DNA from: Chthoniobacterales bacterium
GTDB lineage: Bacteria; Verrucomicrobiota; Verrucomicrobiia; Chthoniobacterales; Chthoniobacteraceae
Length of the DNA stretch: 64,000 nucleotides
Direction: 5' to 3'
NCBI GenBank assembly: GCA_038207335.1
Contig: JBBQZX010000005.1
Coordinates: forward strand, 32,001-96,000
Both the position numbers and the translations under genes were made by a program. Shown piece after piece: positions 49,047-59,500 of the stretch. The stretch's first letter is position 1. Every line of letters starts with the position of its first letter. The notes beneath the pieces were generated by a model. The model saw nothing but the letters and a program-made list of their open reading frames with translations, had not been told where the DNA came from and searched no databases.

Positions 49047-49836
49047 GCCGCAATTCATCGGCATCCTTTTGGTGCGCAACGAAGACCGCTTTCTGCGCCG
49101 CGCAGTCGGTAACGTGCTCGACTTCTGCGACCGCATTTTCATCGCCGATCACCAATCCACGGACGGCACTTTCGAGCTCGCGCAGGAGCTCGCGCGTGAG
49201 TCCGCGAAGATCGAGCCGCACCGCATCCGCGATCCGCGCGAATCGAGCGAAATGCTGGAGCCCTTTGCCAACACGCAGACTTGGGTTCTCGGCGTCGATG
49301 GCGATGAAATCTACGATCCCGCCGGTCTCGCCTTCACGCGCGCGCAACTCGTCGCGGGTGCGTGGAGCGACTCGTGGATCGTCTTTGGAAACGTGGTGAA
49401 TTGCATCGAGATCGACGAGCGCGCAAAGACCGCGCGCGGCTGGCTCGCTCCACCTTGCCGGAGCATGACGAAACTTTATAACTTCGCCGCCGTGCAATCG
49501 CTCGACCCCGATTCTCCGCAGCGCCTCATGGGATTGAACAACGTGTTCAATCCCGGCTTCGACGCGTCTCAACGCCTCGAAGTCCACAAAGCGATCGCGT
49601 GGGACGACGCGCAATTTCGCTGCCTCCACGCCTGCTTCCTCCCCCGGAGCACCGCCGACTCCGCGCAAAGCGCCGCACGCGAAAACATCACCGAACTGCG
49701 AAAATTCTCCCCCACTTCTTGGCTCAGCCGAACCTTCTCCAAAGCCGCCGGCCGGGAAGCCGCATCGGTCTGGAAACAAGACAAATACACGCGCGGCGAG
49801 CTTGTGACCGTCGATGCGTCACCTTTTTTTCCATGA
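49039..49836 (+). CDS. GT-A fold glycosyltransferase (GT2-like)
   Basis: VRNE, DHQSTDGT, VDGDE (DxD). Confidence 0.75.
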   Translation: MSEPQFIGILLVRNEDRFLRRAVGNVLDFCDRIFIADHQSTDGTFELAQELARESAKIEPHRIRDPRESSEMLEPFANTQTWVLGVDGDEIYDPAGLAFTRAQLVAGAWSDSWIVFGNVVNCIEIDERAKTARGWLAPPCRSMTKLYNFAAVQSLDPDSPQRLMGLNNVFNPGFDASQRLEVHKAIAWDDAQFRCLHACFLPRSTADSAQSAARENITELRKFSPTSWLSRTFSKAAGREAASVWKQDKYTRGELVTVDASPFFP

Positions 49837-50426
49837 TCGACCTCCAGCAATTCAAAATGGATCCTGCGGAGGAGGCGCTGCTGGCAAAGCTGCTCGCCGA
49901 GACCGCGCCGCGCACCATCGCGGAGTTCGGCTCGGGCCTCACCACGCGTTTTTGGGCCCAGCAAAGCGATGCGAAAATCGTGACATGGGACAATTTCCCC
50001 GAGTGGATCGCCGAGTTGAAAACCGCGTTTGCCGGCGCGCCGTGGCTCGAGCGCGTGGAGTTCCGCGGCTACTCCGTTTCGCCCGGCGGGCCGCGCATCG
50101 TGCAGAAAGACGCGGTGCCGTGGGACGGCGCTCCGTTCGACTTTTTGTTTCTCGACGGGCCGCGCTCCGCCCACCCGCCGAGCTTTGGACGCAGCGGCAG
50201 CTTTCTCTTTGCCACACAGCACGCGCGGCCCGGATCGACGATCGTCTGGCACGACAACGAACGCGGCCACGAGCGCGCGCTGGCGATGCGCTTTTTCGGC
50301 CATCTCCGCTGCCGCTCGCGCGGCACCGTCGGCTGGTGCATCTGGCAGCCGCCCAGCGCCGCCGCCCCGCTCATCCGCGCGGTAAACTACCTCGCGCAGC
50401 CGTCGCGAATTCTCGCGCGCGAATGA
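49833..50426 (+). CDS. Class I SAM-dependent methyltransferase
   Basis: AEFGSG, FDFLFLDGP, VWHD. Confidence 0.75.
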   Translation: MIDLQQFKMDPAEEALLAKLLAETAPRTIAEFGSGLTTRFWAQQSDAKIVTWDNFPEWIAELKTAFAGAPWLERVEFRGYSVSPGGPRIVQKDAVPWDGAPFDFLFLDGPRSAHPPSFGRSGSFLFATQHARPGSTIVWHDNERGHERALAMRFFGHLRCRSRGTVGWCIWQPPSAAAPLIRAVNYLAQPSRILARE

Positions 50427-51412
50427 TCATTTTCGGCCCTCCGCCCATCGCCACCGTGGCGATCAATATGCGCCCGCGCCGCGGCCCGTGGGGCGGCAGC
50501 AGCCCCTTCGTCTGGCAGCTCCGCGCGTTTTTACAGGCGCGCGGATACGCCGTGCGGTTTGATCTTTCGCGCAAAACGGACGCGATCATCGTGATCGATC
50601 CGCGCGACGATCTGGAGGGAAAGGCATTCGGAATGAGCGCGATTGCGGCCTACAAAAAAGCGCATCCCGAGGTGCAAGTGATCCATCGCGTGAACGAATG
50701 CGACCAGCGCAAGAACTCGAATTTCATCGACGCTCTGCTGGAAAAGGCGAGCGCGACCGTCGATCACACGGTCTTCATTTCGGAGTGGCTGCGCGATTAT
50801 TTTGCGCAGCGCTGGTTCGACACCACGCGGCCCCACTCGGTCATCTACAACGGTGCCGCCGCCGCCCATTTTCACCCGATCGGCAGCGCGCGATGGACGC
50901 CCGGCGAGCCGATACGAATCGTCACGCACCACTGGTCCGACAACCCGCTCAAGGGCTTCGACGTGTATGAAATCGTGGACCGTCTCATCGCCGACGGAGA
51001 GCTACCCGGCTTCGAGCTGCGGGTGATCGGGCGGTGGCCGAAAAACATCTCGTGGCGGGCTGCGCGCACGTATCCACCGGCGCACGGTTTGGCGCTCGGC
51101 GACCTGCTGCGGCAGTGCCATCTTTACCTCACCGCGACGCGATGGGAGCCGTGCGGGATGCATCACGTCGAGGGCGCGCAATGCGGATTGCCCCTCGTTT
51201 ATCACACCGATGGTGGTGGCGTCGTGGAGGCAGGGCGGCGATACGGCATTGGGTTTTCGGACGACGTGAAAAGCGCACTGCTCGCCGCTCGCGACCGCTT
51301 CTCCGATCTTCGGCACGCGGCGCTCACCGAGGCGCCGTCGGGCGACCGGATGGCGCTGGATTTCGGCGCGCTCATCCAGTCGCTGATCGCCAACGCACCG
51401 CGCGGGTCTTGA
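50423..51412 (+). CDS. GT-B glycosyltransferase (GT4-like)
   Basis: GPWGG, IYNG, KGF, EPCGMHHVEGAQCGLP. Confidence 0.8.
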   Translation: MIIFGPPPIATVAINMRPRRGPWGGSSPFVWQLRAFLQARGYAVRFDLSRKTDAIIVIDPRDDLEGKAFGMSAIAAYKKAHPEVQVIHRVNECDQRKNSNFIDALLEKASATVDHTVFISEWLRDYFAQRWFDTTRPHSVIYNGAAAAHFHPIGSARWTPGEPIRIVTHHWSDNPLKGFDVYEIVDRLIADGELPGFELRVIGRWPKNISWRAARTYPPAHGLALGDLLRQCHLYLTATRWEPCGMHHVEGAQCGLPLVYHTDGGGVVEAGRRYGIGFSDDVKSALLAARDRFSDLRHAALTEAPSGDRMALDFGALIQSLIANAPRGS

Positions 51413-52524
51413 GCCGGAAGCTGCGAGTCGGGTTCGTGCTGGAAAATCGCGTGCCCGAGTGGGCGAGCGTCGCCGCCGGGCGCGTGCGTCCGTGGTCGCT
51501 GCTGACTGGCGCGCCGACTGGCGGATCGGTGCCGATGATGCGCTTCCGCTGGATCGCGAGCACCGTGAATCGCGACCCCGCGAGTCCGCTTCGCTACGAG
51601 CTTTTCAAGCCGTGGCGGCGATACGACGCGGTGATCTTTTTGAAGTCGATGGGCGCGGAATCCGCCGCGCTCGCGAAGCGGCTGCGACTCGCGGGGACGC
51701 GTGTAATTTTCGACCTGAACGTCGATTATCTCACGCCCGCGGAGGGGCGGTTTCACTACCCCGGAATGGCGCCGACCGCCGTGCAGCACGACGCCGCACA
51801 CGAGATGCTGCGGCTCTCCGATGCGGTCATTGCGGATTCGAGCCACCTCGCCTCAATCGCAGCGCGGCATCACGCGGCGGTTCATTGGATTCCCGACAAC
51901 GTGGACATGGGCTTCGTGCCCGCAAACGCTGTGTGGAAGGGGTCAGGCAAGCTGCCACTTCTGTGGAGCGGAGAGTCTGTGAAGCTCTTCGACCTGCTGA
52001 AAATCGAGGGCGTGCTGCGGGATTTTGCGCGCGATGTGAAGCTCACGATCGTGACGAGCGCGATGACGGGACTCGACCGCTGGGAGGCGGCGGAGCGGGA
52101 GCGATTCGAGAAAATGCTGGCCGCGATCGAACACGAAATCATTTCGTTTCGCTCGATTCCCCGGCTGTTTGAAATCTATCGGCGCGGCGGTGTCGTCATC
52201 TCGCCGCGCTTCCTCGACAACTCCTACAACCTCGGCCACACGGAATGGAAACTGACGCTCGCGATGGCGTGCGGACGCCGCGCAATCGGAAGCCCGGTGG
52301 CGAGCTACTGCGATGTGGAGCGGCTCGCGGGTGGAAAGGGAATTCGCATTTGCCACACCGATGCCGAATGGTCGGCCGTGCTCTCGGAACATCTCGCCGA
52401 CCCGCCCGAAGTGTGGGCCGCAGAGGAGCTCTCGGCGCGCGATGTTGTGGAGACAAATTACTCCACCGCGGTCGTTGCGCGGCGGCACCGCGAGCTGCTC
52501 GAGAAAATCATCGACCGCCCGTGA
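51409..52524 (+). CDS. GT-B glycosyltransferase-like protein
   Basis: IPDNVD, WSG, KLTLAMACG..AIGSP; TTG start inferred from the TTGA overlap. Confidence 0.7.
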   Translation: MSRKLRVGFVLENRVPEWASVAAGRVRPWSLLTGAPTGGSVPMMRFRWIASTVNRDPASPLRYELFKPWRRYDAVIFLKSMGAESAALAKRLRLAGTRVIFDLNVDYLTPAEGRFHYPGMAPTAVQHDAAHEMLRLSDAVIADSSHLASIAARHHAAVHWIPDNVDMGFVPANAVWKGSGKLPLLWSGESVKLFDLLKIEGVLRDFARDVKLTIVTSAMTGLDRWEAAERERFEKMLAAIEHEIISFRSIPRLFEIYRRGGVVISPRFLDNSYNLGHTEWKLTLAMACGRRAIGSPVASYCDVERLAGGKGIRICHTDAEWSAVLSEHLADPPEVWAAEELSARDVVETNYSTAVVARRHRELLEKIIDRP

Positions 52525-53660
52525 AGCCGCTTCGCCACATGGTTTCTGAGCTGCTGCCGGTTCCCTTACGCCTACTCGGGCGGTGCATTTTGCAGACGCC
52601 TTCGCGGCTCGGATTTCGTCAGAATCTGGGGTCCAGAAAATTGTCGCCGCGTGCGGGCGAGGTGGCGCTGAATTTCGGCGGCGTCCTTCCGCGGGAACCG
52701 GGCGCGCTCGTTCACGGAGGGAAGGTGAAACTGCTGCATCTCGACGCCGCGTTCCCCGAGCGCGACGACGATTTCAACATCCTCTACCTCGTGAGCAGCG
52801 CGATCCCACGGCACGCGATCGAACTGGTGAAATGGGCGCGAGCGTGCGGCGCGAAATTCGTCTGGAATCAAAACGGTGTCGGCTTTCCGGCGTGGGCCGG
52901 GAGGCACAGCGAAGAGTTCAATCGGCCGATGCGCGAGTTGCGGCGGCTCGCGGACTTCGTCGTCTATCAGAGCGACTTTTGCCAGCGATCGGCGGAGCGA
53001 TTTCTAGGGCCGGCGAGCGCGCCTAGCCAAGTGCTCTTCAATCCCGTCGATCTGTTGGCGTTCTCGCCTGCGGCGGAGCCGTTGTCGCGGGAACGGTGGG
53101 AATTGCTGGCGGCGGGGACGCATCAGGAACGCGAGCGCGTGACGCTCGCGATCGATGCGCTCGTGGAGATTTTGCGAGGCGGGCACTCGGCGCGGCTGAC
53201 GATTGCGGGTCGGTTTCATTGGCCGGGAGGCGATGCGGAAATTCACGAGGCGATTTCTCTCGCGGGCGTCGGGTCGAATGTGCGGCTTGCGCCGACGTTC
53301 GCGCAGGCGGATGCGCCGGGGATGTATCGCGAGAGCCATGTGCTGCTGCACCCGAAGTTCAACGACCCATGTCCTACCGTGCCGATCGAGGCGCTCGCGT
53401 GCGGCGTGCCGGTCATCTGCTCGGCGAGCGGCGGGATGCCAGAGTTGGTCGGCGCGGAATTCGGCGCGTTGTTACCGGTGGCAGAGGGCTGGGATGTGCC
53501 GCGCTATCCGACGGCGAGGGCGATGGCGGCGGCGGTGCAAAATGTGATGGCCAACTGGGAATCAAGAAGCCGGGCGGCTCGGGGGCGGGCGGAACGGCTT
53601 TTCGATCACCGAGATTGGGTGGCGCGGCATCGCGCGATTTTTGAGAGGGTGCTCGCGTGA
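52521..53660 (+). CDS. Glycosyltransferase, GT4
   Basis: NPVD, DPCPTVPIEALACGVPVI, GGMPELV. Confidence 0.87.
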   Translation: MKPLRHMVSELLPVPLRLLGRCILQTPSRLGFRQNLGSRKLSPRAGEVALNFGGVLPREPGALVHGGKVKLLHLDAAFPERDDDFNILYLVSSAIPRHAIELVKWARACGAKFVWNQNGVGFPAWAGRHSEEFNRPMRELRRLADFVVYQSDFCQRSAERFLGPASAPSQVLFNPVDLLAFSPAAEPLSRERWELLAAGTHQERERVTLAIDALVEILRGGHSARLTIAGRFHWPGGDAEIHEAISLAGVGSNVRLAPTFAQADAPGMYRESHVLLHPKFNDPCPTVPIEALACGVPVICSASGGMPELVGAEFGALLPVAEGWDVPRYPTARAMAAAVQNVMANWESRSRAARGRAERLFDHRDWVARHRAIFERVLA

Positions 53661-54715
53661 ATGCGCCCGCGATCAGCGTTCTTTTGCCCGCTTACAATGC
53701 GGCGGCGTTCATTCGTCCGGCAGTTGAGAGCGTGCTGACGCAGACTTGCGGGGATTTTGAACTGCTCGCGATCGACGACGGCTCGACCGATTCGACGCGG
53801 GCGATTCTCGCGGAATATCGCGACCCGCGGCTGCGGTTGCTGGTGAATGAGCGTAACATCGGACTCACAGCGACGCTCAATCGCGGACTGAGGGAGGCGC
53901 GCGGTGAATTGATCGTGCGACAGGACGCGGACGACGTTTCGCAGCCGGAGCGATTTGCAAAGCAGCTCGCGTTTTTGCGCGAGCATCCCGACGTGATGCT
54001 GCTTGGCACGGCGGCGCGGCAGTTCGATGCGGCGGGGCGTTCACTCGGTGCGCTCGACATGCCGTGCAGCCCGCTCGCGGTGCGATGGGCGATGCTTTTC
54101 GACAATCCGTTTCTGCACACGGCGGTCATGTTTCGCCGCGCCGTGGTCGGAGAATTCACGGGTTACGACGAGTCGTTTTCGATCTCGCAGGATTACGAAT
54201 TGTGGTCGCGGATCTCGCGTAAATATCCCACGGCGAATCTGTCGGAGCGGCTGCTCACGCTGCGCGCGCACGGCGATTCGCTCATGCGTTCGCGGCGAGA
54301 GGAACTCGATGCGGAGACGCGCCGCATTCAATCGGCAAGCGTCGCGGCGAAGTTTTCGGAACTCAGTTTTTCGGAACGCGAAATGGAGTTGCTCGGGCAG
54401 TTTCGGTGGAAGCTGGAGCCGTCCGCTCTCGCGGAGTTTTGGGCGCTGTTCGATCGGATGCTCACGGCTTTTCACGCAGCGCACCCGGCTGCGAGAGAAG
54501 ATGGAAACTTGCGCGAGACGATCGCCGTGCAGATCGGGCGGGTTGGCTACAACCTTTTGCCGGAGCACCGTGGCGCGGCGTTGCGCGTTTTGTGGCGGGC
54601 GTTCTGCGCGTCTCCGCAGGCGGCGATTTCGTTGCCCTGGGCGCGCATTGCGGCGCTGGTGATTGCTGGAAATTCGGCGCGCGCATTTTACGAAAGGCTC
54701 GCTCCTTCCCGATGA
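53657..54715 (+). CDS. Glycosyltransferase, GT2
   Basis: SVLLPAYN, DDGSTD, LNRG, RQDADD, QDYELW. Confidence 0.9.
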   Translation: MNAPAISVLLPAYNAAAFIRPAVESVLTQTCGDFELLAIDDGSTDSTRAILAEYRDPRLRLLVNERNIGLTATLNRGLREARGELIVRQDADDVSQPERFAKQLAFLREHPDVMLLGTAARQFDAAGRSLGALDMPCSPLAVRWAMLFDNPFLHTAVMFRRAVVGEFTGYDESFSISQDYELWSRISRKYPTANLSERLLTLRAHGDSLMRSRREELDAETRRIQSASVAAKFSELSFSEREMELLGQFRWKLEPSALAEFWALFDRMLTAFHAAHPAAREDGNLRETIAVQIGRVGYNLLPEHRGAALRVLWRAFCASPQAAISLPWARIAALVIAGNSARAFYERLAPSR

Positions 54716-55848
54716 ATCGCCGCTACCGAGTTTTGCATGTCATCGACTCGCTCGACCTCGGTGGGGCGCAGGCGGTGATGATGAATTTGATCAAGCATGG
54801 CGACCGGGATCGGTTCGAGTTTTCGGCGGCTTCGATTCATGGGCGCGGAGTTTATTGGGAGCCGCTTCGAGCGCTCGGGGTGCCGACTTTTTCGCTGTCT
54901 TTTCATCCGCGATTTCCGAGCTACATGCCGCGGATGGCGTGGCTTTGCCTGACTCGGAGATACGATGTTGTTCACACGCATCTGCTGGCTGCGAATGTTG
55001 TGGCGAAGCCGATTGCGGCGCTGTGCGGGGTGCCGGTGCGGATCAATCACGACCACTGCAACGACAAGCTAACGGACCCGCGAAAGTGGGCGCCGGCGGC
55101 GGACAAATTCACGAACCGGTTTTCGACGCATGTCGTTGCGGTTTCAGAGACGACGCGGCGGTATGTGGTGGAGGAGGAAGACGTGCCAGTGGAGCGCGTG
55201 ACGACGATTCACAACGGCGTCGATCTCGAGGCTTTTCAGCCGCGACCGGAGCGACGCGCGGAGGCGCGGAAGCGCTTGGATTTGGCGGAGGATGCGTTCG
55301 TCGTCGGCGGAATCGGGCGACTGACTTTTCAGAAGAATTTCGCCCTGTTCATCGAGGTGGCTGGTGAGGTTTTTGCGAAGAACCCTGGTGCGACATTCGT
55401 CATCGCGGGCACGGGTGAGGACGATGTGGCGCTCCGGGAGCAGGCGCGGCGTGCGGGGATTCCGGTGCGATTTCTCGGCTATGTCGGCGACATGGCGGCG
55501 CTGTATCCTGCGCTCGATATGCTGCTGCTCACTTCGCGTTATGAAGGTCTGCCGATCACCATTTTGGAAGCGATGGCGTGCGGCGTGCCGATCGTGTCGG
55601 CGGAGCTGGATGGGGTGCGCGAAATTTTGCGCGATGGTGAAGATGCGGCGCTCGTGGAGCCGGGAAATCTCGCAGCATTTTCTGCGCGTGTGAGTTCACT
55701 GATTGCGCAGCCTTTTCTCGCGAAAAAACTCGCGAACGCGGCGCTGACGAAAGTGCGCGCGGGGTATTCTGCGGAGGCGATGACTCGCGCAGTGGAGGTG
55801 ATTTATTGGAAGTATCTGGAACCGGCAATGGGCCGGGAAGGCGCATGA
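54712..55848 (+). CDS. Glycosyltransferase, GT4
   Basis: [35 protein letters not shown]. Confidence 0.92.
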   Translation: MNRRYRVLHVIDSLDLGGAQAVMMNLIKHGDRDRFEFSAASIHGRGVYWEPLRALGVPTFSLSFHPRFPSYMPRMAWLCLTRRYDVVHTHLLAANVVAKPIAALCGVPVRINHDHCNDKLTDPRKWAPAADKFTNRFSTHVVAVSETTRRYVVEEEDVPVERVTTIHNGVDLEAFQPRPERRAEARKRLDLAEDAFVVGGIGRLTFQKNFALFIEVAGEVFAKNPGATFVIAGTGEDDVALREQARRAGIPVRFLGYVGDMAALYPALDMLLLTSRYEGLPITILEAMACGVPIVSAELDGVREILRDGEDAALVEPGNLAAFSARVSSLIAQPFLAKKLANAALTKVRAGYSAEAMTRAVEVIYWKYLEPAMGREGA

Positions 55849-56342
55849 ATAGTTGGTTTCAGGACTGGGAGGCAAATCGCGGGAATCCAAAGGGACAGCT
55901 CGTGATGTTCCTTTTTCGGAAAGCGCATTGGGTGAGGGAACTGCCCGCTCCGTGGTGCTGGATCGGGGGACCGCTGTTCGTGTTTTACCGGGTTTTTGTC
56001 GGCGCTTTTTTGGGGATCGAGTTGCGATACCGGATGCGCGTGGGGCCAGGGTTGCGGCTTTTTCATGCACAGGCGCTGGTGGTGCATGAAGGGACGGTGA
56101 TCGGGCGCGATTGCACGCTACGACAATCGACGACGATCGGGAACAAGACGCTCGCAGATGGGTCGCTCGGCGCTTGTCCGGTGATCGGGGATCGCGTGGA
56201 TGTGGGGGCGAATGTGGTGATCCTCGGGGTGGTGAAGATCGGCGACGGGGCAGTGATCGGGGCGGGGTCTGTGGTGGTGAAGGATGTGCCGGCGGGCGTG
56301 GTAGTGGCGGGGAATCCGGCGCGGGTGATTCGGACCGTTTGA
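55845..56342 (+). CDS. WcaB/CysE-like hexapeptide-repeat O-acetyltransferase
   Basis: LbH repeats [31 protein letters not shown]. Confidence 0.88.
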   Translation: MNSWFQDWEANRGNPKGQLVMFLFRKAHWVRELPAPWCWIGGPLFVFYRVFVGAFLGIELRYRMRVGPGLRLFHAQALVVHEGTVIGRDCTLRQSTTIGNKTLADGSLGACPVIGDRVDVGANVVILGVVKIGDGAVIGAGSVVVKDVPAGVVVAGNPARVIRTV

Positions 56343-56505
56343 GCAGCGGGGGAGGAGGAGTTTTCGCCGCGAATAAGCAAAGACGCGACGGCAGAAAGAG
56401 AGGAGTGAACGTCGATTTCGCGGAGGATTTTGGGCGGTCATCGCGCTTCCACCGGTTTGAAAATGCGCTAATTTCAGCGCCCCTTTGCGACTCTCCCACA
56501 CGCCC

Positions 56506-59500
56506 ATGAAACGTCATTTCTTCTCGCTTTTCTTTCTCTCACTCGCGCTGGTCGCGGCCCTAGCATCGGCTGCGGAGCCGCTTCGAGTCTATATTCGCAG
56601 CGGCGTGAAGACTCATGGGCCGAATGCACACGACCATCCGCATTTCCTCGCGACGTGGGTACCGCTGCTGACGGAGCGCGGGATCAAAGTGGAGGGCGCG
56701 ATCGGGTGGCCGACGGCGGAGCAGATGGCGCAGACGGATGTGATCATCGTGGATGCAGATGAGGCGGGCGACGTGACGCCGGAGGAAAAGGCGAACGTCG
56801 ATGCGTTCACGAAGCGCGGCGGAGGGCTGGTGGTGATTCACGCAGCCTCGGTCGCGATGAAAGAATCCGCGTGGTGGAAAGCGACGATTGGGGGGTCTTG
56901 GGTGAAGGGCCAAACGAAGTGGAAGGAGGGGCCGATGGATTTGTATTTCGTGGAAAGTGAGCGGATCGAACATCAGCACCCGATCACGAAAGGCGCGGCG
57001 AATTTTCACCTCGACGACGAGATTTACTACGACATGGGCATCTCGGCGGACGTGCGCGTGCTGGCGACGAGCTACACGCCAAATGTGCCCGCGGGGAAGA
57101 AAGTGGCGGAGGGCGGGAAGGTGAATATTTACGACATCCAGCCGCAGATGTGGGCTTACGAAAAAGACGGCTACCGGGCGTTCGTCAGCATTCCCGGGCA
57201 CATGAACTCGACGTTCGAGCTGCCGAATTATCGCGCGATTTTGCTGCGCGGAATCGCGTGGGCGGGGAAGCGGGAGAATGTGGATGAGTTTTGCACGAAA
57301 GAGGAAATCGCGTCGCTGACGTATCCGCCCGGCGGACCGCAGCGGCCGGCGGATACGCGGAAGGCGCTGGAGGTGCATCCCGATTTCACGATGACGCTGG
57401 TGGCAAGCGAGCCGATGATCAATAAGCCGATGAATTTCGACTGGGATGCGGCGGGTCGGATGTGGGTGGCGGAGACGCCGGAGTATCCGAATGGGCGGCG
57501 CGGGATGCGGCCGGATTATCGCGGGAAGGAGTGGAAAGATCACGGTGGTCTCGCCCCGGAGCCGGGCGTGCAGGAGCGCAAGGGGCAGGATAAAATCAGC
57601 ATTTTGACAGACACCGACGGCGACGGTGCGATGGATAAAAAGGAGATTTTCTACGAAGGGCTCGAGCTGGTGACGGGGCTCGTTTTTTACAAAGACGGCG
57701 TGATCGTGACGCAGGCGCCGGACATCCTCTGGCTGCGCGATACAACCGGCGACGGGAAGTGCGACAAGGTGGAGAAGCTCTACACGGGGCTCGGCACGGG
57801 CGACACGCACGCAGTCATCAATAATCCGCGGTGGGGCTGGGACGGGTGGATTTACTGCACGCACGGCTACAGCGGCTCGCGCGACGTGACGAATGGCGAC
57901 GGCTCGAAGCATTTCGGGACGATCGGTTCCGGTGTCGTGCGGTTCAAGCCGGACGGCTCAGCCTTTGAGCAATACAGCTCGAAAGGCGGGAATACGTGGG
58001 GGCTGGAAATCACGGGGGATAATCGCGTGATGTGGACGCAGCCGACGAGCGGCGAACTGCTGATGCAGACGGTGCTGCCGGAGTACGCGCTGGCGCGCGG
58101 GAAGATCGGGAAGACGGCGAGCTACCACGTCGTCGAGCCGTCGAAGAAGACGTTTCCGCTGATGACTTGGGAGGAGCAGGCGTATCGGCAGATCGATTGG
58201 GTCGGGTCGTTCACGGCGGCGGCGGGCTGCGTGATTTACGACGGCGGCTCGTGGCCGGCGGAATACAACGGCGACTATTTTTGCACGGAGCCGACGATCA
58301 ATATCATCCATCACGCGCGGCTGACGCCGGAGGGTTCGAGCTCCACTTTTCACAAGCTGCCGGGTCGGGAAGAGACGGAGTTCGTGCGGAGCGGCGACAT
58401 GTGGTGGCGGCCGATCGAGGTGCGGGTGGGGCCGGATGGGGCAATGTACGTGGCGGATTTTTACAATCAGGCGGTGATCCACAACGACACGCGCGGGCCG
58501 GATCATAACAAGGTGAACGCGGCGGTGCGACCGGATCGGGATCATTATTTCGGGCGCATCTGGCGGATCGATCACAAGGACGCGAAGAACCTGGCGGTGC
58601 CGGATTTGTCGAAGGCGGGCGTGGAGGAATTGGCGAAGGCGCTGGAGCATCCGAACCGCGTGGTGCGGATGACGGCGAGTCGGCTGCTCGTGGAGAAAGG
58701 GACAGTCAAAGACGCGACCGCCGCGCTGCAACCAACTGCGATTGCGCGGGCAGTGAATCCGATTCTCGCGCGGGGAAACCCCGAGAGTCGAATTGCGGCG
58801 CTGTGGACCCTTCTCGGCATCCGAGGCATCACGGGAGATGAACTCAACAAGGCCACTACTGACACAGATGCCTCGGTTCGCCGGAATGGCGCGCTTATTG
58901 CCGAAGAGTTAAACACTGTCTTCTGGAGCAGGATAAATGACGGAACGAATCCGAATCGGTCGAAAGAAATTGATCTGCTGCCTTATGGACTGATCACCGA
59001 TGCCGATGCTCAAGTCCGCGTCGCGGCGCTACGCGCCATTGCTGCGAGTGGCGCTGCTGCCGCTGCAGTCGGCCCTGCGTCAGACAGCGGTGACGCTGCT
59101 CGCTTTATTATTCAGGCGTGGCCGAAGTTTGATGACGACTTCCAAAAATCTGCGGCCATCGGGGCGGCGGCGCAGAACCCAGCGGCGAGCATTGCGGCGG
59201 CTTTGGATGCGGCGGATTCGGCTTCTCTTGCGCCGTTGGTTTCGGCGCTCGCGGAGACGGTGGGCGAGCGGAATGACACGGCTGCGGCGGCAAAGCTGGT
59301 GGTCGCACTTTCGACCAAACCGGCGGGCGCGGATGCGCTGAAACGCAGCATCCTCGACACGCTCGCGAAATCGCTCAAAGACGCGCCAGCGATGACGCCG
59401 GAGATCGCTGATGCGCTCGGGAACCTGCTGGCAAGCGGCGCGAGCGGGAGCGTGCTGCCGTTGGCGGCGAAGTGGGACGAGACCGGCGCACTCAAGCCCG

